A stretch of 64,000 nt of DNA from an uncultured Aminicenantes bacterium (GTDB lineage Bacteria; Acidobacteriota; Aminicenantia; UBA2199), in NCBI GenBank assembly GCA_965195285.1, contig CBDAFS010000040.1, forward strand, positions 1-64,000. Direction: 5' to 3'. A program made the position numbers and the translations under genes. Below, in pieces: positions 48,560 to 59,101 of the stretch (position 1 is the stretch's first letter; every line of letters starts with the position of its first letter). The notes beneath the pieces were generated by a model. That model did no database searches. It saw only the letters and a list, made by a program, of their open reading frames with translations, and was not told where the DNA came from.

Positions 48560-49371
48560 TTCCAATAAATACCTTTATAGACTATTTTACAAAAATTTTC
48601 AAGATATATCTTCCGGATTCCACTTATTTTTATGTTTTCCGATGGTGTCGGGAACGAAAGACTGTCATGGATTTTTTTTAAACGCTGCATGACCGCAAAA
48701 ACAGCCGCACTGCCGGTTGAGGAAAACAGGGTCCTCCCGACCCCCCTTTCGTAATAAAAAATTTGAAGCGGTCTTTCCGCATCCTGACAGAACAGTTCCA
48801 CATTGGTCCCCTGAGGAAAAATCGGGGCAGAAGCCAGCTCTTTTGCCATGGCCTGAAGTTTGTGGTCTGAAGAAAATTCAGATAACAACACCACTGCATG
48901 CGGGTTCCCAACTGAAACCGGAACAAAAGCAATATTCTGATACCGGTACTCGAGACGGTTGGATTCCAGAAAGGGAAAAAATTCAGCTTGCTGAAAGTTG
49001 GGTTCGCCGATTTCAATTCGAAGTTTGAATTTGTTTCCCGTTCTTTCGATCAATTCCACCGCTTTTTTGCCAACCCCGGTATTCAACATGACACCATCCC
49101 GGAAATGATTCAACTGAAAAAGAACCGAAGCCAGGCCTGCCATTCCATTCCCCGACAGTTCGGCCCGGGTACCATCCTGATTGTATATTTGAAAATCAGC
49201 AGATTTTTTCTGAATCCGGTAATATACAACTCCATCCGCACCAGCGCCGGAATTTCTATTGCAGACAACTCTGGCCAGTTCGCTTTTTTGCTGGTCCCTG
49301 CTTAAATCAGCTTCTTCCAGATCAATATGAATAAAATCATTTCCGGAGCAAACCGTTTTATAAAAAATCAT
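48556..49371 (-). CDS. dapF: Diaminopimelate epimerase homolog with Ser at both catalytic Cys positions
   Basis: GNDF, GADG, NQDG, ELSGNG, GNPH, NVE, ERGVGRTLFSSTG. Confidence 0.8.
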   Translation of the reverse strand: MIFYKTVCSGNDFIHIDLEEADLSRDQQKSELARVVCNRNSGAGADGVVYYRIQKKSADFQIYNQDGTRAELSGNGMAGLASVLFQLNHFRDGVMLNTGVGKKAVELIERTGNKFKLRIEIGEPNFQQAEFFPFLESNRLEYRYQNIAFVPVSVGNPHAVVLLSEFSSDHKLQAMAKELASAPIFPQGTNVELFCQDAERPLQIFYYERGVGRTLFSSTGSAAVFAVMQRLKKIHDSLSFPTPSENIKISGIRKIYLENFCKIVYKGIYWK

Positions 49372-50795
49372 ACGGGAAGTTTAAACTTTATGAAAAATTC
49401 ATCTCCATTCCGATTCATATAGAAAAAGACAGAAGATCCGGGCTTTTTTTGAGCAATAATACGTCTGAATTCTTCAACACTCTCAATCTCGGTGCGGTTA
49501 ATTGCCAGGATGACATCTCCCTCTTTGATTCTGTTTTCCTGGGCCACGCCTCCACGTTTAACACTTTGCACCACCAATCCTTTGGAAGTCCTAAGCCCAT
49601 ATTTCCTGGCCAGAGACGGTGTGTTCCTGACCAGAACCATTCCCAGGTCCATGCTGCTGCCATCATCTTGAGTCCGGAATTTAACCGAATCCGGCGCTTC
49701 GCCAACTTTTACCGTTACTTTCTGACGTTTTGATCCCCGGTATATGGTAAGCCGGATTTCATCTCCGGGACTCAAGTTGGCAATCTTGATTTTTAATTTT
49801 TCAGCGGTTTTAATTTTGTTATTGTTGACCTCAACCACCAGGTCATATTTTTTCAAACCTGCTTTCTGAGCAGGCGAATCGTCTTCAACCCTTACAATTA
49901 AAACCCCGCCCATCTCCAGATCCAGTTCCTTGGCATCTGCGTCATTGATACTCTGTATATTAACACCCAAAAAACCGCGGACAACCCTTCCTTTGGATTT
50001 CAAATCCTCCACGACCTTTTTAGCAAGATTTGAAGGAATGGCAAAACCAACACCCACATTTCCACCGGTCGGGGCAATAATGACCGAATTAATTCCAATC
50101 ACTTTACCGTCCATATTAATGAGAGGGCCCCCGGAATTTCCCCTATTGATAGCCGCATCGGTTTGAAGAAAATCTTCGATATCAGCAGCGCCCAACTGCC
50201 TTCCTTTGGCAGAAATAATTCCAGCCGTCACACTTAAGTCCTGATAAAAAGGATTACCGATAGCCAAAACCCATTCGCCGACTTCAACTCCATTGGAATC
50301 ACCGAGTTCAATGTAAGGCAGCTTATTGTCCTTGATTTTCAACAGAGCCAGATCGGTTCTGGGATCAACTCCGATTTTCTTTGACTTGTATTCTTTCCCA
50401 TGGATATCGAATATTGATATTTTCACGGCATTTTTCACCACATGATAGTTGGTTAAAATATAACCATCCGGGGAAATGAGAAAACCGGATCCCACACCGG
50501 AAACCTTTTCCCTTCTTTTGGGAACGCTAAAAAATCGATCAAAAAAATCATCACCAAAAGTGGTACCACCCCTCTCAACGATTGATTCCGATATCACTTT
50601 GACCACCGCAGGCCTCACTCGCTTCACCAAGGGAGCAAAATTCAGTCCATTGACCTTGATGGTTTCAGCCCGGGCAATGGTCGGACTCAAGACGGATCTA
50701 TTGGATTCAGATTTCTGTAAGTACCCAAATGTTAAAGCAAAGAACAATGCCCCGGCAAGGAAACTTATTCCAACAACCAAACCAATTTTCTTCAT
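49368..50795 (-). CDS. HtrA/DegP serine endoprotease with two PDZ domains
   Basis: GSGFLI, TNYHV, DLALLK, QTDAAINRGNSGGPL. Confidence 0.93.
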   Translation of the reverse strand: MKKIGLVVGISFLAGALFFALTFGYLQKSESNRSVLSPTIARAETIKVNGLNFAPLVKRVRPAVVKVISESIVERGGTTFGDDFFDRFFSVPKRREKVSGVGSGFLISPDGYILTNYHVVKNAVKISIFDIHGKEYKSKKIGVDPRTDLALLKIKDNKLPYIELGDSNGVEVGEWVLAIGNPFYQDLSVTAGIISAKGRQLGAADIEDFLQTDAAINRGNSGGPLINMDGKVIGINSVIIAPTGGNVGVGFAIPSNLAKKVVEDLKSKGRVVRGFLGVNIQSINDADAKELDLEMGGVLIVRVEDDSPAQKAGLKKYDLVVEVNNNKIKTAEKLKIKIANLSPGDEIRLTIYRGSKRQKVTVKVGEAPDSVKFRTQDDGSSMDLGMVLVRNTPSLARKYGLRTSKGLVVQSVKRGGVAQENRIKEGDVILAINRTEIESVEEFRRIIAQKKPGSSVFFYMNRNGDEFFIKFKLPV

Positions 50796-50888
50796 GGCAA
50801 CCTCCTCAACTTAATTAATCAACCAATATTCAATTTTGACCATTATTCAAGATATTTTGAATTTGACGCTTATATTGATTAAAAAGTT

Positions 50889-52076
50889 TCAATTTTTTCC
50901 CAAACTTTTAATATACGATATTATACCATAATACAGGCCATTTGCAATCAGATAGCGGTAGTAAGAAGTCTTTAACCGTTTTGCTTCATGTATATTGCTT
51001 AAGAATGAAGTTTCCACCAAAGATGCCGGCATTCTGGCCCCTATCAATACATAAAATGGCGCTTTTTTCACACCCAGATTGGTGATTTTACTATATTTAC
51101 TTTTTAATTGCTTGACCACATGCTTTTGAATAAATTGGGAAAGAATTCTTGATTCGGATTTTTTGGCATTTTTTACAATCTGTTTCACAATGGTTTCCAT
51201 CTCTCCAATTGATTTTTTACTGATTGCATTTTCCTGAGCAGCCACACTCATTGACCAGGGATCTGTGGTCAGATTCAGATAATAGGTCTCAATTCCCCGG
51301 GTAGTTTTCCGGGGAGCAGAATTGACATGAATGGAAACAAACAAATCGCTTTTCTTGGAATTGGCAATGGCGGTTCTCTCTTCCAGGGAAATATAACGGT
51401 CGCGCTCCCGGGTCAGAATAATCTCATATTTTGAATTTTTTTTAAAAATGCTTTTCAGTCTTCTGGCCAGATCCAGAGTTATGGTTTTTTCATAGAGCTT
51501 CAGTGAGCGGTTAAAAGTACCCGGATCCTTTCCCCCGTGCCCCGGGTCAATGACAATCCGGTGAACCCCTAGCCCCAGTTGCCTGACCATGGAATACTGA
51601 CCTTCGATCTGCTCAGGTGTTGAATCCACCCGGTCCGAACGGCTTGAAACCGATTTATCAATATGATTGATATCATCCTGGAAAATATCAAAGACCACTC
51701 TGAAAGGCGAGCTCAAATAAAACTTGTCATATTTTCCGATCTTATCAAAATCAAACACAATTCTCAAATTATGTTTTTGCCGCTGCCCCAATCTAATTCT
51801 TTTCAAGTTTCCGGATTTTATCAGTATTTCCTTTTTGTTGGCTTCCGGGTAAGCTTTGGAAAAATCGCAGTCCGGTAAATCAAAATAAAGCCGGGTCAGA
51901 TTCTGTCCGGGTAAAAGTTTTTCCTGAACTTTCAGTGAAGCGGAAAGATCGAGTACAACCCGGGTATAGTCGGGATATGCATAATAACGGATATTTAATA
52001 ATTGATTGTTTTTTTTTGTAGACAGATTGGCGATGAGAAGGATAAAAAGAAAAAGGAAAAAAAAGGCTTTTTTCAT
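50889..52076 (-). CDS. N-acetylmuramoyl-L-alanine amidase with AMIN domain (AmiC-like)
   Basis: TRVVLDL, IDPGHGGKDPG, SIHVN, LVETSF. Confidence 0.92.
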   Translation of the reverse strand: MKKAFFFLFLFILLIANLSTKKNNQLLNIRYYAYPDYTRVVLDLSASLKVQEKLLPGQNLTRLYFDLPDCDFSKAYPEANKKEILIKSGNLKRIRLGQRQKHNLRIVFDFDKIGKYDKFYLSSPFRVVFDIFQDDINHIDKSVSSRSDRVDSTPEQIEGQYSMVRQLGLGVHRIVIDPGHGGKDPGTFNRSLKLYEKTITLDLARRLKSIFKKNSKYEIILTRERDRYISLEERTAIANSKKSDLFVSIHVNSAPRKTTRGIETYYLNLTTDPWSMSVAAQENAISKKSIGEMETIVKQIVKNAKKSESRILSQFIQKHVVKQLKSKYSKITNLGVKKAPFYVLIGARMPASLVETSFLSNIHEAKRLKTSYYRYLIANGLYYGIISYIKSLGKN

Positions 52077-52146
52077 AACCTATAAATGTACTAAAAAAAG
52101 CCCTGAAAATCAAATTTGACCGGTCTACCGGCCAAAAATTCTCGGC

Positions 52147-52743
52147 TTACATCCAGTACCTGGCACTTCCAAAGGCGATCAGGGTAACCAGCATTCCAAT
52201 GATTACTGAAATGACGATAGCAATAACAATGGTACCCACAAAATAACCGACCGCCTTATCCTGAAGCGGTTCTTTCAGGTCCTTAATCCCGGTATACAAA
52301 AGATACAGGGAATAAAGCCCGCCAATGAAAGCCAGAAAACTGATATTGGGAATCAAATAAAATATACCGGCCACCCACATGGCGGTGTAGGCATAGACGG
52401 CAACTTTCATCGAAGCCACCATATCTTTTTTTGAACCAAATGATGGGGCCAGTGCATCGATTACAAAACCAAGCAAAAATACACCCACCAGTGAAAAGAT
52501 ATAACTGAAAACTGCCCATAATATACTATTCCCAAACGGAGCTCTGACCGTAATACCCAGAAATGATCTCCCGATCACGATCCAGCCCAGGAAACCGGCA
52601 ACGGCGGGAATGGCAGCCAGAATAATGGCATATTTAACAAACAGATCCTGAATGGTGGCGGATTCGCCTTTAATGACTTTCCATTCATCATTGGGTTTGG
52701 TTAAAATCGCTATCGCTCTTTTAATAATTGCATTGAAATCCAT
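52147..52743 (-). CDS. Yip1-family membrane protein
   Basis: ILTKPNDEW, DALAPSFG, LYSLYLLYTG; five TMs. Confidence 0.8.
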   Translation of the reverse strand: MDFNAIIKRAIAILTKPNDEWKVIKGESATIQDLFVKYAIILAAIPAVAGFLGWIVIGRSFLGITVRAPFGNSILWAVFSYIFSLVGVFLLGFVIDALAPSFGSKKDMVASMKVAVYAYTAMWVAGIFYLIPNISFLAFIGGLYSLYLLYTGIKDLKEPLQDKAVGYFVGTIVIAIVISVIIGMLVTLIAFGSARYWM

Positions 52744-52849
52744 TCAAACCTCCTACGCTTTGATATTTACTATAACAGAACGAAAATCCATTGTCAATTT
52801 TACCGAATTCTTTCATACCCGGTCGATATTGCCAGGATAAAACCGGGAA

Positions 52850-53617
52850 TCAGGCCAAATAGACATTCACCATTGCTTGCAGTTTTGTGAAATGGCTGCC
52901 CTCCCAGTATATTTTCCCGCATAATCGGCATATTGAATAGTTCCGGCACCAGGCTTGAACCTTGGGAGGAATTTTTTCCCGGTTTGATTGAAACAAATCA
53001 GTATTTTCATCCAAAGATATCAAAAGTCCGTTGCAGATCAGACAACGGGTAAAAGGTTTGCAGATATCCCTCAATCGGAGGCGACTCAATACTTCAGGTA
53101 CCTGCATTTCCGGATCCGTACTCCGGATATACAACCCTTTCTTAATGATTTTCCGCATCAGCAGATGGCGGTCCCGGGTCAGCAACATCCGGTCTTCTTT
53201 GGCTGAAATCGAGGCCAGATCAAGATCCGTCCATTTATTGCTATAAACAGTATCCAATCCCAGCAATCTCAATTTTCGAACCAGGGATCCCAGATGAACA
53301 TCTCCGAGAAATTTGACTTCATTCGGATTCAGATGGTCAGCTGACCGGAGATCTTTAATAGAAAAAGGATAAACTTCAATCCGGACTGGCTTTGAAACCA
53401 TCTGAAAAGAATCAACAGGCATCCCATCCAATTTGATATTGCCCACCTCGGTGTGGGGGATTCCCATTGATTCGATCAAATCTTTTATTGACCTGGCCAT
53501 TTTCTGGCTTAGTTTTATGGACTTTTCCCGTTCGGATTGGGGTAAAAAATCATTCAATTCATGAAAAAAAATGACCTCAATTTCAAATTCCATCATGTCT
53601 TCGGACTGGTTTGGCAT
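52850..53617 (-). CDS. Mut7-C RNase domain protein with N-terminal ubiquitin-like domain
   Basis: IKDLIESMGIPHTEV, DVHLG, LLTRD, RCLICN...CRLCGKIYWEGSH. Confidence 0.88.
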   Translation of the reverse strand: MPNQSEDMMEFEIEVIFFHELNDFLPQSEREKSIKLSQKMARSIKDLIESMGIPHTEVGNIKLDGMPVDSFQMVSKPVRIEVYPFSIKDLRSADHLNPNEVKFLGDVHLGSLVRKLRLLGLDTVYSNKWTDLDLASISAKEDRMLLTRDRHLLMRKIIKKGLYIRSTDPEMQVPEVLSRLRLRDICKPFTRCLICNGLLISLDENTDLFQSNREKIPPKVQAWCRNYSICRLCGKIYWEGSHFTKLQAMVNVYLA

Positions 53618-54979
53618 TCAGGGCCGACATGCCCAAAACAACCGTTTTGGATTTCGGTGGGGAAATGAAGGCTTCCTGCCGTAGAGCAAATCATCAAAGA
53701 ACAATGCAATTCTCTGATTGATGGGATTTCTGGAAATATAGAATCGAATCAGCCGGTGAAACAATGTGTTCGGTTTGGTATAAGGGCAGACCCGAATGCA
53801 AAAACCGCAGTCCGAACCGATTTTTTTCCAGAAAGAAAAGCAGCGCTCCTGGTTAACAGACCAGTGCTGAAATCCCCGGCTGGAAGGCTGATCACCGGTA
53901 GCAATGGATTTGGTCGGACAATTCTCAGCGCATTTCTTACATATCCTGCAGAAATCATCAATATGAAGGGCTTCTTTCGCGGTTGGCAGCAGCTCCAATT
54001 CAGTGGTCACCACCGAAAGCCTTACACAGGGACCGTAAGTCTTATGCACCAGAATGCCCATGCGACCGAGTTCACCCAGGCCAGATGAGACGGCCAGGGG
54101 AACACAAAGCGTTTCATAATTCCCATCACTGTGGGCCCGGGCATCATATCCCAAATGCCGTAGATACTCGGCAATTATATAGGCAATCTTTGCTGCCTCC
54201 ACATATTGACGGGAAGATTCGAGTATGGCCGGTAAGGCCGGGGCATGAGTCATCATGTTCACATCCATGGCCACCACAATGACAATGGCCATCTTATGAT
54301 GATTATCAATGGGTTTCCCCCAATCTGAACCATGTCGGCCGGCATGACTGTATAAATGATAAGTCTCCAATGGCGAGATTCCCACATCCACAGCCCCATA
54401 ATAAAGGGCTATTTTCTTTAAAATCCCGGTTACGGTTGCCGGATCGATATCCTGCAGACGGGGTTTTACCTCGCCCCTGGCAAAAGGCCTTATTCTATCC
54501 AGAAACGAAAAGGCGGCATCAAAAATCGGAGAATGCTCAGGATCAAAATAGGTATGGGACGTATCTCCCAGTTCAGGCTGGCGATGAATCTTTTCATCCA
54601 CCGCCTTCTTTTCAGGATGACGTGAATAATACTTTTGGTGCAATTCAGCATGGAATTTCAGATTATTCCGTGAGAACATGTGATCCCGTTCATCAAACTG
54701 CTCTCTTTGGCTTGGCGGGATATCAGGCTTCCGGGGAAAATATCGGATACATGCAATCAGGAGAAAAAAAGCCAGGAAAAACACCATTCCGAGGTTCAAA
54801 TAAAATACCCAGTCCAGGCGGGAAAATAATAGAAATGTAATCCAGGCCATCATATTAACCAGAAATCCCATTGTCAAAATGAAAGTCGCTCTCATTTCCT
54901 TCTCATGCCAGGATGAAACCGTCATCAGTAAAAAAAGGCATGTCGTCACTGTCATCAAAAAAAGATTAATCATTGTCAT
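53618..54979 (-). CDS. Membrane-anchored reductive dehalogenase/QueG-like corrinoid 2x[4Fe-4S] protein
   Basis: N-terminal TMs, FDERD, YGAVDVG, GLGELGRMG, GPCVRL, CRICKKCAENCP and C...CGFCIRVCP. Confidence 0.75.
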   Translation of the reverse strand: MTMINLFLMTVTTCLFLLMTVSSWHEKEMRATFILTMGFLVNMMAWITFLLFSRLDWVFYLNLGMVFFLAFFLLIACIRYFPRKPDIPPSQREQFDERDHMFSRNNLKFHAELHQKYYSRHPEKKAVDEKIHRQPELGDTSHTYFDPEHSPIFDAAFSFLDRIRPFARGEVKPRLQDIDPATVTGILKKIALYYGAVDVGISPLETYHLYSHAGRHGSDWGKPIDNHHKMAIVIVVAMDVNMMTHAPALPAILESSRQYVEAAKIAYIIAEYLRHLGYDARAHSDGNYETLCVPLAVSSGLGELGRMGILVHKTYGPCVRLSVVTTELELLPTAKEALHIDDFCRICKKCAENCPTKSIATGDQPSSRGFQHWSVNQERCFSFWKKIGSDCGFCIRVCPYTKPNTLFHRLIRFYISRNPINQRIALFFDDLLYGRKPSFPHRNPKRLFWACRP

Positions 54980-55503
54980 GATATTTTCCAGAATTCCTTT
55001 TTCTTAACCTGCAGGACCACATCGCTTCCACACAGATAGAAAATGGGAAGCACAAAAAAAACCACTTCCATGGTAATAGTCCTTACATTATGCCAGGAAA
55101 AAATGTCGCTCAAATTGCCCCTTAAAAAATTAGGAAAAATTCCAAAATTAAATAATTCATTCCAGAGAGGGAAAAACACCCTGAAACCAACCGGCGCTAC
55201 CGGATCAATGATTATCAGATCCAGAACCAGGTGTGAGACGGCAACTAAAAAAAGAGACAACCTTTCCCTTCCCGTTTTAAACACTCCGAACAGAAATAGA
55301 GTGACAAGGCCGATGAAAAAAATATTATGGGTATATGATTGGTGAAGCTGTGAATCCCTTGAACCCATCAAAAGGAGAAAAAAAAAATCAATATCCGGCA
55401 AATTGGAAACAAGGATAAATAAAAACAGGGTTTTTATATTCTTTTCGGATCCTGATTTTTGCCAACCCAGAAGACCAATAGCTGAATGTACGATGGGCGT
55501 CAC
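54976..55503 (-). CDS. YdjM-like membrane metal-dependent hydrolase
   Basis: TPIVH, NLPDID, HQSYTHN, SHLVLD; GTG 55503 behind GAGGG. Confidence 0.8.
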   Translation of the reverse strand: MTPIVHSAIGLLGWQKSGSEKNIKTLFLFILVSNLPDIDFFFLLLMGSRDSQLHQSYTHNIFFIGLVTLFLFGVFKTGRERLSLFLVAVSHLVLDLIIIDPVAPVGFRVFFPLWNELFNFGIFPNFLRGNLSDIFSWHNVRTITMEVVFFVLPIFYLCGSDVVLQVKKKEFWKIS

Positions 55504-55585
55504 GTTTCCCTCATTAACGGTTATTATACCATAATTGTTATCCGGATGATTGCCCGGCATTGGCATATTTGATATTATCATGGAG

Positions 55586-58324
55586 ATGACCGAACTCCCC
55601 ATAGATGGCTATCGCGATCACATCCGGGATGCCCTGAAAGAAAATCCGGTACTCCTCATTACCGCTGAGACCGGTGCCGGTAAATCAACCCGGGTGCCTT
55701 ACTGGTTCTGGAGCCAGGGCAAAAAAGTAGCCGTTACCCAGCCCAGACGAATTGCTGCCAGATCCCTCTCATATTATCAGTCTCAGGTTACCGCAACCAG
55801 ATGGGGAGCCGATATTGGTTATCAAACCGGGTTTGACCGGAAATATTCCAAACAGACCCGATTGCTTTATTTAACCGACGGGGTTCAGATGGTCAGGGAA
55901 ATCAAAGGTCAGAGGAATTACGATGTGTTAATCCTGGATGAGGTTCATGAATGGAACCTTAATCAGGAAGTATTGATTGGATTGGTTAAAAAGGCCTTGG
56001 ACAGTCAATACTTCAATAAAACCGGTCAGCGGGTCATTATCATGAGCGCCACACTTCATACCCAGAAACTATCGGGTTTTTTAAACCAGGCTCCGGTTAT
56101 TTCGGTTCCGGGCCGTAGTTTTCCGGTGACCATGCACAACAATCATCCGGACTTCCTGCTCTCGGATACGGTGCAGATGGTTGAAATGGAAAAAAACCTG
56201 CTGGTGTTTCAACCGGGGAAAAATGAAATCAAGGCCTTTATTGCCCTTCTCAACCAAACCCTGGAACAGGACGGGCTGAAAGCCAAGATCCTCCCCCTTC
56301 ATTCCGAATTGTCTATAAAAGACCAGGCCAGAGTTTTCCAACATTTTACAGTCCCCAAAGTCATTGTAGCCACGGATATTGCCCAGACCAGCCTGACCAT
56401 AGATGATATTGATGCGGTTATCGACACGGGAATAAAAAAGGAACTCCGGGTGATCAAAGGTATTGAAGGCCTTTACCCCACAGACATCTCTTATTCCGAG
56501 TGCCTGCAGAGAGCCGGGCGAGCCGGGAGGGTCAAAAACGGTCAATATATCCTTTGTGCTGACCTGGGTCTCAAAGACCGACTGCCCTATTCGGAACCGG
56601 AAATCAGACGGTTAAATCTTGAATCGGTAGTGCTCAGACTGATTAAATGGGGCCTGCCCCCCCTGGAATTTCCCTACTTTCATTCTCCCAAAAAAAACTT
56701 GATCTATAAAGCCATTAAACAATTGAAAATATTCGGCGCCATTTCCAAACAGGAGAAAATAACCCGGGATGGAGAAAAAATGGCAGAGATTCCGGTTTCG
56801 ATTCGCAGTTCAAGACTGTTAATGGAAGCACAAAAAACCTCTCCCGAAGTCATGGATAACGCTCTGAAATTGATCGCCATCCTTGAAACCAAGGGGATTG
56901 TCAACAAGGAATATCTGGGAGAAAAATATTATTCCGGCCCCGTCAACTCGGATTTAATCAATCAATTGTTTATATGGAATAACCCGGGAACAAACCGCAA
57001 ATCCATTAATCATAAAAAATTTTTCCTGGCAAAGGATATTTACCGGGAATTAAAAAACAGACTGGGAATCAGAAAAAGTTACCGGGGCATCTCAGACCAA
57101 AACCTGAAGGCCCTGACCGGAGTCATGCTTTCCGCTTTTTTAGATCATGTTTATGTAAAGACGGGCAAGATGTATATCCGGGATAATGAAGAGCGAGAAC
57201 TGGACAAAACCTCAGTATTGTTTCCGTCGCTACCGGACATCATAGTGGGGATGCCCTTCGATTTGATTATCGACTGGGAGAATCAGGATACCGGGGAAAA
57301 AGAAAAAAAATGCCTGTCTCTGATTACCTTCGCTACTGAATTATCCGCTCAACAGCTTCATGAGCTTCAGCCTTACAGTTATTCCAAACAACAGGAAGTA
57401 ATCATAGAAAACAATCATTGCCGGGTAAAAAACACCCTGTTTTTCGGGGGGAGAAACATACTTGAATATGAAAGCAAACCTGACTGGAATGACCCGGAAC
57501 AAAAATCACTGCTGCTGCCATCCATTACCACCTGGCACGAGACCAACCGCCAACAGCTTAAATTTTACCTCAAACTGGATGAAGCCAGAAAATATTATCA
57601 ACAAATCGAGAGACTGGTAACCCAGGCAAAAATCAGGATCTCCTCTTTATCATCTTTTGATAAACTCTGGAATCAATACCTGTTCCGAGAATTACAAAAT
57701 CATTTCAAGACCGATGATCTCAAACTTTTTTTCAATCTTCACCCCGGTTTTTTAAACCTGAATCTGAGTCAACTGCTTTCCCGGGAGATCATTCGGGAAC
57801 TGATAAAAATCAAATGGCCGCCCAAACTGGTAATCAATGAAACCGATTATATCCTGCACCGAATCAGAGATAAAGCCTATGTCAAATTGGATATGGGTCA
57901 ATTCGAAAAGATAAAAAAAGACAACCTGATGTTGCCAACCGGTGAGCAGACCGGATTAATACTGAATGACCGGAAATTCATGGACTGGGATGTTGCCGTA
58001 TACCATTTCAACCGATGGAAAAAAAGAAAAATCTTTGATACCAAATGGAGAAACCGGAAAAAGGATGTCCGGGTTGAAGACCTGGCCGACATTTCATTTC
58101 CGGTGAAATTCAAGTCCGGTCAAAGCAAGGCCAATATCCCATTTGAATTTTATTCAGCTCCCCATATTGAAGGAAGTGAGGTTTTTCTCATTCATTTTTT
58201 CGAGGAAAAAACGGCCCAATCTTATTTTGAATCCATAAAGGATGAATGGACCCGGTTCCTTCAAAAATATGAAAAAGAAAAAATTGAAAATGTTTTCAAA
58301 AAGAAAGGCTGGAAGGTCAAATAG
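55586..58324 (+). CDS. DEAH/RHA-family ATP-dependent RNA helicase (HrpA/HrpB-like) with an unrecognised C-terminal region
   Basis: ETGAGKST, TQPRRIAA, DEVH, MSAT, ATDIAQTSLTI, QRAGRAGR. Confidence 0.88.
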   Translation: MTELPIDGYRDHIRDALKENPVLLITAETGAGKSTRVPYWFWSQGKKVAVTQPRRIAARSLSYYQSQVTATRWGADIGYQTGFDRKYSKQTRLLYLTDGVQMVREIKGQRNYDVLILDEVHEWNLNQEVLIGLVKKALDSQYFNKTGQRVIIMSATLHTQKLSGFLNQAPVISVPGRSFPVTMHNNHPDFLLSDTVQMVEMEKNLLVFQPGKNEIKAFIALLNQTLEQDGLKAKILPLHSELSIKDQARVFQHFTVPKVIVATDIAQTSLTIDDIDAVIDTGIKKELRVIKGIEGLYPTDISYSECLQRAGRAGRVKNGQYILCADLGLKDRLPYSEPEIRRLNLESVVLRLIKWGLPPLEFPYFHSPKKNLIYKAIKQLKIFGAISKQEKITRDGEKMAEIPVSIRSSRLLMEAQKTSPEVMDNALKLIAILETKGIVNKEYLGEKYYSGPVNSDLINQLFIWNNPGTNRKSINHKKFFLAKDIYRELKNRLGIRKSYRGISDQNLKALTGVMLSAFLDHVYVKTGKMYIRDNEERELDKTSVLFPSLPDIIVGMPFDLIIDWENQDTGEKEKKCLSLITFATELSAQQLHELQPYSYSKQQEVIIENNHCRVKNTLFFGGRNILEYESKPDWNDPEQKSLLLPSITTWHETNRQQLKFYLKLDEARKYYQQIERLVTQAKIRISSLSSFDKLWNQYLFRELQNHFKTDDLKLFFNLHPGFLNLNLSQLLSREIIRELIKIKWPPKLVINETDYILHRIRDKAYVKLDMGQFEKIKKDNLMLPTGEQTGLILNDRKFMDWDVAVYHFNRWKKRKIFDTKWRNRKKDVRVEDLADISFPVKFKSGQSKANIPFEFYSAPHIEGSEVFLIHFFEEKTAQSYFESIKDEWTRFLQKYEKEKIENVFKKKGWKVK

Positions 58325-58472
58325 AATATTCCCCAAAAACATTTCCAAATATTCCTTTAAATATTACTGTGTGTCTGATCATATATCCGACTAACATTTG
58401 AAATAACTGGTTTTGAAAACACACTTTTTTTCAAGATCCGGTTTATTGATTTGTTATGTTTTTATTCATGCT

Positions 58473-58790
58473 TCAAACCATCTGCGAGATATCTCCATTT
58501 TTTATGCTTAATCTTTTTATCTTTCTGAGTTCTTTTTTCAGTATATTTTTCTTTTCTTCCAGATCATAATGTATCTGTATGTTTATCCAGAATTCAGGAG
58601 AATTGCCAAAATATTTCGAAAATCTAAGAGCGGTATCAACGGAAACACTTCTCTTTCCTTTAATAATTTCACTAACTCTTGTTTGATCTATATTCGTTTC
58701 TTTGGCTAATCGATAGGCTGTTATGCCCATTGGTTTCAAAAACTCCTCCAATAGTATTTCTCCAGGATGAATGTTAGGCATTTTATTCAT
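58473..58790 (-). CDS. higA: HigA-family antitoxin (XRE HTH)
   Basis: IHPGEILLEEFL, DTALR, EFWINIQ. Confidence 0.92.
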   Translation of the reverse strand: MNKMPNIHPGEILLEEFLKPMGITAYRLAKETNIDQTRVSEIIKGKRSVSVDTALRFSKYFGNSPEFWINIQIHYDLEEKKNILKKELRKIKRLSIKNGDISQMV

Positions 58791-58813
58791 GATCACCCTC
58801 CCATGATATTAGT

Positions 58814-59095
58814 TTAGTGATAATCAGTAACCTCGATTTCATACACATTTCCATTTTTCCATTTAAAACAAATTCTCCACTGATCATTAATTCGTATACT
58901 GTGTTGTCCCGTACGATCACCATCCAAAGCATGCAGTCGATTCCCTGGTGGAACTCGCAAATCATTTAAGTCAATCGCACTGTGAATCATTATTAATTTC
59001 CTCCTGGCTGTTCGTTGAATATCGAATGGAATTTTTTTCGAAAATTTACCATTCCAGATCTTTTCAGTTTCCTTATCTTTAAACGAAATTATCAC
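58814..59095 (-). CDS. higB: HigB/RelE-family toxin
   Basis: IISFKDKETE, DLRVPPGNRLH, HSIRINDQWRICF, VTDYH; toxin-first order. Confidence 0.92.
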   Translation of the reverse strand: MIISFKDKETEKIWNGKFSKKIPFDIQRTARRKLIMIHSAIDLNDLRVPPGNRLHALDGDRTGQHSIRINDQWRICFKWKNGNVYEIEVTDYH

Positions 59096-59101
59096 ATTAA
59101 T

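Noticed and set aside
58783-58965. Alternative-frame ORF in higB, as a possible third TA component
   Set aside because: It overlaps higB out of frame, with no SD or recognisable motif.
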